A stretch of 21,348 bases of DNA from Calditrichaceae bacterium (lineage in GTDB: Bacteria > Calditrichota > Calditrichia > Calditrichales > JBFXGD01), in the NCBI GenBank assembly GCA_050178385.1, contig JBFXGD010000052.1, positions 1 through 21,348 of the forward strand, in the 5' to 3' direction. The position numbers and the translations under genes are program-made. The stretch's first letter is position 1; the number at the start of each line of letters is the position of its first letter. Of the stretch, positions 16,812 to 21,348 are shown piece by piece. Below the pieces are notes generated by a model. It searched no databases and was not told where the DNA came from. It was given only the letters and a program-made list of their open reading frames with translations.

Positions 16812-17341
16812 TTTGTCCATATTGTTTAAAAGAGATTGACGATGATTCGGCTTACTGCGATCAATGCGGTGGAGAGTTGTTTGTCTGTCCGGTATGCGGA
16901 AAAACGGGCAGGGAAATGGTTTGTGAAGATGATCATGTAAAATATATTTCGGTAAGCGGTAACAAAAAGATTGCAATTGGAAACTTCTTCAAAACAGAAA
17001 GAATCGACAAGATACCGCATTCAGAATCAAAGATTGAAGCGCCCGGACTTATTTTTTCAAACAAAAATATCGGAATTGATCTCAGGATGGTGAACGATGA
17101 TATCATCGGAAGAAAAAGTAAAAAATTTTCTGACATCCTTGGAAACTATAAACAGATATCAGGCAGTCATGCCAAGGTGAATTTTAGTTCAGGCTCGGGA
17201 TGGACTATCATTGATTTAAATTCATCAAACGGTACAATATATAATGATAAAAAATTGGTGCCGTTTGAGTCGGTTAAATTGCAGAATGAAACTTTTATCA
17301 CCCTCGCCGACATTGAGTTTTATGTCTTGATTGACAATTGA
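16808..17341 (+). CDS. Double zinc-ribbon + FHA domain protein
   Basis: 177 aa. CPYC...CDQC and CPVC...CEDDH knuckles. FHA signature IIG101R102, IS118GSH121A, DLNSSN141GT. TTG start overlaps the upstream TGA (TTGA), with GGAGGA RBS at ~16793-16798. Confidence 0.88.
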   Translation: MICPYCLKEIDDDSAYCDQCGGELFVCPVCGKTGREMVCEDDHVKYISVSGNKKIAIGNFFKTERIDKIPHSESKIEAPGLIFSNKNIGIDLRMVNDDIIGRKSKKFSDILGNYKQISGSHAKVNFSSGSGWTIIDLNSSNGTIYNDKKLVPFESVKLQNETFITLADIEFYVLIDN

Positions 17342-17546
17342 GTTTCGGGTCTGCTTCTACGGATCTGGTGATTTGAGTGATGTCATAGTTTGATAGATAA
17401 AGACGACGTATTCAAACTAATGGTGAGAATATACAATACTGCAGGATCGGCAACCGGTATAATTTGATTAGAAACATGAGTTGTGTTTTGAGAAACGGGG
17501 TGTACTTCGACAGACAGGTTTCCCTGCAGATCATTGAATATACCTT

Positions 17547-17783
17547 CTATTCAATCTTTGGCTCTTTTGAAGACTGTTCTTCCTGTTTTTTCCCGGCCTT
17601 TGTCTCAACTATCTGAACAACGGCTTTTTTCTTGTCATTATTATAGAATGAATCGGTAGCGCCCAGCATGGTGGTGGTAAGACTTCCTCCCCCTCTTCTT
17701 AATCTCCGGGATATGATGATAAATATTGAAATGACAATAAGCAGGAAAAACAGAATCAATAAAAACTCTATCAAATTTTGCAT
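17547..17783 (-). CDS. Small single-pass membrane protein, function unknown
   Basis: 78 aa. N-terminal hydrophobic helix (FLLILFFLLIVISIFIII) followed by basic RRLRR and a polar tail. Fits cleanly in otherwise intergenic space in the same orientation as its upstream neighbours. Confidence 0.55.
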   Translation of the reverse strand: MQNLIEFLLILFFLLIVISIFIIISRRLRRGGGSLTTTMLGATDSFYNNDKKKAVVQIVETKAGKKQEEQSSKEPKIE

Positions 17784-17896
17784 GCCTTATCAACCCTTAA
17801 AAGTCAAATTATTTTAAAGATCATAATGCGCTGATCAGGTTCCGGATACGCAATCTGCTGTCCTGATGCATCCTAAAGATACAATCCCGAGACTTT

Positions 17897-19720
17897 TTAA
17901 TACACCTCTGCCGGCGTCATGGACAATTTTTCAATTTCCAGGGTTAGGAGCTGGATGGCTTCCATGCTTGCGTCTATTTCACTCAAAATATGTGATTTTG
18001 TATCTTCAAAAATGTCTTTCAGGTCGCTAAAAAGCGCGCGATAATAGTTCGCGCCTTCCTGAAGATTACCGGCAAAAGTTAACAGATATTTTTCCTGTTT
18101 TTCGGACATGGAAACCCGTGTTTCGTCTATTTTATTTTTCAGATAATCAATATAGATTCTCAATTCTTTTATAAACATATTGGGACGATCGGTCCGGGTG
18201 ATCACATTTATTCTGCCGTAGATGTGATCGGTGATTTCCTTCAGGGTCATAATTTTTGAAAAATACGCCATGTTCGGGCCGGGACATACCGAAACTCCCG
18301 GACCTTCAACTATTGTATCTAAATCATGTACCAGCAGGGCGGATGTGCCAAGGCCCACGCAGATGCAAGATTTATCCGTGATGTCCTTGAATCTTTTCTG
18401 GTACTCCTCCGTGGATACCCCCTCTTCGTCCAGTTCTTTTAATTTTAAGTATTGATATTGACGCGATGCCGTACAAATAGATTTTTCGGTAAACTCTTTA
18501 TTGATCGACGCATGTTTATTGGGGCATGAACTGCCCGGCTTCCCTTTGGCGATCAGAGCAAATTTTTCCAGATCTTTTGTGTTGCCCTTTAGACTGTTGA
18601 ACGGAACACCCAATGGTGAAATATTACTTAAATATAAATCATCTTCTTTGGCGTCGCTTAATTTATCCAGAGTAGGATCGTCAACGGTTGTCGCTTCCGG
18701 CACCAGAAGAAACGGAGTGCCCCATCCGACTGAATCAACCTGATAATGATTGAGAAGAAACTGATGCTCTTCCGCTGTGCCGACACCACCCTGAGCGGTT
18801 ATTTTCAGAGGCAGTTCTTTTTCCGGAACATGACGGTTTTTAGCGGAGAGCGCCCGCGCCATAATATTGTGAATGGTTTCTTTGAGTTCTTGTTTTTTGT
18901 CCCGGAATTCGGCTAAGATGGGACCCAAAAGATATCCGTCGGTTGCGAAAGCATGCCCGCCGCAATTCAATCCCGATTCAATTCTGAATTCTGAAACCCA
19001 CAGTCCTTTTTTTGCCAAAAATTTACCCTGAATAAAAGCAGACCGGTAGTCGCTCACTTTTAGTACGATTCTCTTTTTGATTTTTCCGTTCTGATCCGGA
19101 TAGAAATCTTCAAACTGTTCCATATAGCCGTAGAGTCCCGGATTCATTCCCGCCGAAAAAATGACCGACGAATTTAGATCGCTATTGGCATAGCCTCTTA
19201 GCGCGGCATGGGCGTCGTTGTATTCAACTGGGAGTTTTTTGTCTTTTATGTAGTTTTCCTTATCAAGTTTGGTCATTATATTTACATCGATACTGCCTTT
19301 TGAAAGATGCTCGTTGATCCAACTTCTGAAATCATTCAGATTAAAATATTTTGAGCTTAAACTCCTGAATTCCTGCTTTATGGCGGAGCTGTCAGGCAGC
19401 ATGTTGAAATATTCTTTTATCTCATGGCTTTTATCGATCGCCGCATTTTTTAATTCTTCCAGTTTCACGTCAACCAGAGTGTTTATCAGATTCAGATAAG
19501 ATGTGATTCTTTTTGCGCGGAAGTCATCTGTCTTGTTGGAGATTTCATCATAAGGGAGCTTATACTTTCCGCAGTACATTTTTCTTAACTTTTCCAAAAG
19601 AATGTCATCGACTAAAGATATAACGGAATCCATTCCGTAGTGGGAGACCTTTAGCGGAGTATCGATAGTAAAACCGATTCCCATTACGGGTATATGAAAT
19701 GAATGTGTTTTTGTCTTCAT
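17897..19720 (-). CDS. Conserved hypothetical protein; probable remote nitronate monooxygenase/FabK/FabX-like FMN TIM-barrel oxidoreductase with Cys motifs
   Basis: 607 aa, AGAGG RBS. Motifs in NMO/FabK order: IFSAG, LKVSD.RSA, IESGLNCGGHAF, ITAQGGVGT, VGWGTPFL, SPLGVP, C...C...CIC, CPGPN....KI.TLKE. Confidence 0.6.
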   Translation of the reverse strand: MKTKTHSFHIPVMGIGFTIDTPLKVSHYGMDSVISLVDDILLEKLRKMYCGKYKLPYDEISNKTDDFRAKRITSYLNLINTLVDVKLEELKNAAIDKSHEIKEYFNMLPDSSAIKQEFRSLSSKYFNLNDFRSWINEHLSKGSIDVNIMTKLDKENYIKDKKLPVEYNDAHAALRGYANSDLNSSVIFSAGMNPGLYGYMEQFEDFYPDQNGKIKKRIVLKVSDYRSAFIQGKFLAKKGLWVSEFRIESGLNCGGHAFATDGYLLGPILAEFRDKKQELKETIHNIMARALSAKNRHVPEKELPLKITAQGGVGTAEEHQFLLNHYQVDSVGWGTPFLLVPEATTVDDPTLDKLSDAKEDDLYLSNISPLGVPFNSLKGNTKDLEKFALIAKGKPGSSCPNKHASINKEFTEKSICTASRQYQYLKLKELDEEGVSTEEYQKRFKDITDKSCICVGLGTSALLVHDLDTIVEGPGVSVCPGPNMAYFSKIMTLKEITDHIYGRINVITRTDRPNMFIKELRIYIDYLKNKIDETRVSMSEKQEKYLLTFAGNLQEGANYYRALFSDLKDIFEDTKSHILSEIDASMEAIQLLTLEIEKLSMTPAEVY

Positions 19721-19802
19721 ATCTTAAAACCTCTTTATTGTTCTGACTAAATTTGGTGTCCGGACAGGCGATCGTTCTTGAAATCGTGCCGGATATATGC
19801 GA

Positions 19803-20312
19803 TTATAAATCTTTTGTCATGTCTCCTAAATTAATTTTTTCCGCTTTTGTAAAGGTGATATCTCTTACAAGTTTCATGTCACCCCACAAATATTTATGGC
19901 CTCTCATTCCTTTGGTGGGCTTCATTCTTTTCATGAGCCGGCTCAGTTCAATCTCTGTAGCTTCTCTTTTTTCTCCAAGCTGTCCATATAGTTTAATTGC
20001 CGGATGAAGATTGAAGTTTCCTTTTATTAAAGATTTTATCCAAAACCAGCTATTGCTGTTCACCGCCAAAACACAAATGTTTTTGTTCGTATCGGCGTGA
20101 ACAGGCAGTTTTGAAGGATACTTTTCAAAATAAAAACCTGTCTGGTTCTTGTTTAAAAACAACGAACCGATTGGCGTAACCGTCGGATTGTTTTCAGAAT
20201 CGACCGATGCGATTGAAACATGAAAGTTTGAGCTAAAACTTTTATTAAAATGAGATCGTATTTGTTTCCACTCGGTTTTTATATTCATATTTCGCAATTT
20301 GTCTTTACGCAA
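19803..20312 (-). CDS. Pyridoxamine 5'-phosphate oxidase-like FMN-binding split-barrel protein
   Basis: SIASVDSENNPTVTPIGSL, L..H...NKNICVLAV and AIKLYG match the PNPOx-like family. The true start may be the ATG at 20288 (MNIKTEW) rather than the TTG at 20312. Confidence 0.72.
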   Translation of the reverse strand: MRKDKLRNMNIKTEWKQIRSHFNKSFSSNFHVSIASVDSENNPTVTPIGSLFLNKNQTGFYFEKYPSKLPVHADTNKNICVLAVNSNSWFWIKSLIKGNFNLHPAIKLYGQLGEKREATEIELSRLMKRMKPTKGMRGHKYLWGDMKLVRDITFTKAEKINLGDMTKDL

Positions 20313-20602
20313 CAGGGGTATATACTCACTTTGGTTCTATACCCGATGACGATAAATGTACATAATTATTATATAATTTTTACACTTATATAATGACCAT
20401 TCTAAGAAATCATCAGCGGGATTACAAATTTAATTGTTCTGAAAAATTATGAAGACTTACCTTAAAGGGAAGTGATTGGAAATTTAAACTTATTTTTATC
20501 AAGGCTGAAGTTTGCTAAAAATCAAATCAATTAAATATACCTTCCTGAAAGAAAAAGTTTTTAATCAGGATTGAACCATAACAGCTTTAAGATATAGTTA
20601 AT

Positions 20603-20935
20603 TTATCGATCATTTCCGGTAATTTGATCTTTAGAGTGATTAACAAATCTCATTTTTTTGAGCAAGGCAATAAATCTTTTATCGGTCCGAACAGCATCGT
20701 ATAATGGATCGATATTGATTAAAATTAATTCTTCAGTCCTTTGTTGGTAGGCTTTTTCAAGCCATGCGAAAGCCTGGTCCGGATCGCCAAGGTTAATATA
20801 GATAATGGCAATCAGGTCAGGGCGAACATATTCTCCTTTTGCATGTAAGGACAACAACTTTTCGAGAATCATTCGGGCTTCCTTGGTCAATCCCGCCGCG
20901 GCATAGGCCATTCCTTTGGTCTTTATTTGTTTCAC
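20603..20935 (-). pseudogene. Isolated C-terminal TPR/cap segment of a TolB-like/adenylate-cyclase-associated TPR receptor family (gene fragment or mini-protein)
   Basis: 110 aa: AYAAAG...EAR.ILE.L....IA.IY..LGD.DQAF.WLEKAY..R...L..I..DP.YD.VR.D.RF..LLKKM. This is normally only the tail of much longer proteins. Its GTG overlaps the upstream TGA (GTGA, 20935-20932). Confidence 0.55.
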
Positions 20936-21348
20936 AATGGCAGATTCATTTTTTTCATAAATGCCATATAACGTTCGTCTTTTTCAATGTTACGCAAAAG
21001 AGGATCCCCTTTCATTTCAGTCAGGCCTCCGTCGTGCTGTTGAAATGCACGTTCCAGCCATTCAAACGCCTTGTCTGCAATTCCCATATAGGCATATATC
21101 TCGGCAATTTGGTATGCAAAATCATCCTGATAATCTCTGATTGCTGTTTTCAACTCGGTCATGGCCAGCTCCCTTTGCCCCATATCATGATACGTCAGCG
21201 CCAGTCCGAATAAACGCCATGCAGGATCAGATTCTTTCCTTATTTCGGCGAGTGCTGAAGCCGGATTATTCTTCGCCAGATGGATAAGAGTAAGATATGG
21301 ATACACTCCTGGATATCCTGAATTTAATTCCAGGGTTTTCCTGAAAGC
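20932..21348 (-). CDS. C-terminal part of a TPR protein of the same TolB-like/TPR family; 5' end lies beyond the window
   Basis: The frame is open from 21348 (AFRKTLELNSGYPGVYPYLTLIHL...), so the ORF-track start at 21306 is not the real start. It ends IAEIYAYMG..DKAFEWLERA..QHDGGL...KGDPLL.....D.RY.AF.KKMNLP. Confidence 0.8.
   Translation of the reverse strand, partial: AFRKTLELNSGYPGVYPYLTLIHLAKNNPASALAEIRKESDPAWRLFGLALTYHDMGQRELAMTELKTAIRDYQDDFAYQIAEIYAYMGIADKAFEWLERAFQQHDGGLTEMKGDPLLRNIEKDERYMAFMKKMNLPL

Noticed and set aside
11368..17341. Type VI secretion PpkA/Fha module
   Set aside because: No T6SS structural genes (hcp, vgrG, tssB/C, clpV) are present in the window.
877..17546. Operon as a mobile element or prophage cargo
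   Set aside because: No integrase, transposase, tRNA or matching terminal repeats were found at the two boundaries. Horizontal acquisition remains possible but is not shown by the sequence.
1599..21213. Numerous 60-130-aa ORFs overlapping the long genes on the opposite strand or in other frames
   Set aside because: They are shadows of well-supported CDSs, with no motifs or RBS evidence.

Overview
AT-rich bacterial DNA with Shine-Dalgarno-type starts. The left end holds housekeeping-type genes on the minus strand: the 5' end of a diaminopropionate ammonia-lyase gene (missed by the ORF track) and rnk with an intrinsic terminator. A GC-rich intergenic patch follows, with 3 GGGTACT boxes at 22-bp spacing and about 9 degenerate 21-bp tandem repeats. 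The core is a tightly packed six-gene plus-strand operon (1557-17341, about 15.8 kb). It encodes (1) a double-AAA+ SpoVK/CbbX-type ATPase with a duplicated N-terminal domain, (2) a 2TM channel-like/RCK/RyR-domain protein, (3) a 1794-aa DUF4062(TIR-like)-STAND/NACHT-TPR protein whose Walker A lysine is replaced by Ala, (4) a multi-pass membrane Ser/Thr kinase with three N-terminal DxTIR[IM]D motifs and five ~83-aa repeats, (5) a zinc-ribbon triple-AAA+ ATPase, and (6) a double-zinc-ribbon FHA protein carrying a matching KTERID motif. I do not recognise this as a named system. It looks like an NLR-like sensor wired to a phosphothreonine/FHA switch, AAA+ remodellers and a membrane effector, so it is a candidate conflict/defence or signalling system. 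The right end has minus-strand genes: a small membrane protein, a remote NMO/FabK-like flavoprotein, a PNPOx-like protein and two paralogous TPR C-terminal segments. All family calls come from motif recognition by eye, not from database searches.
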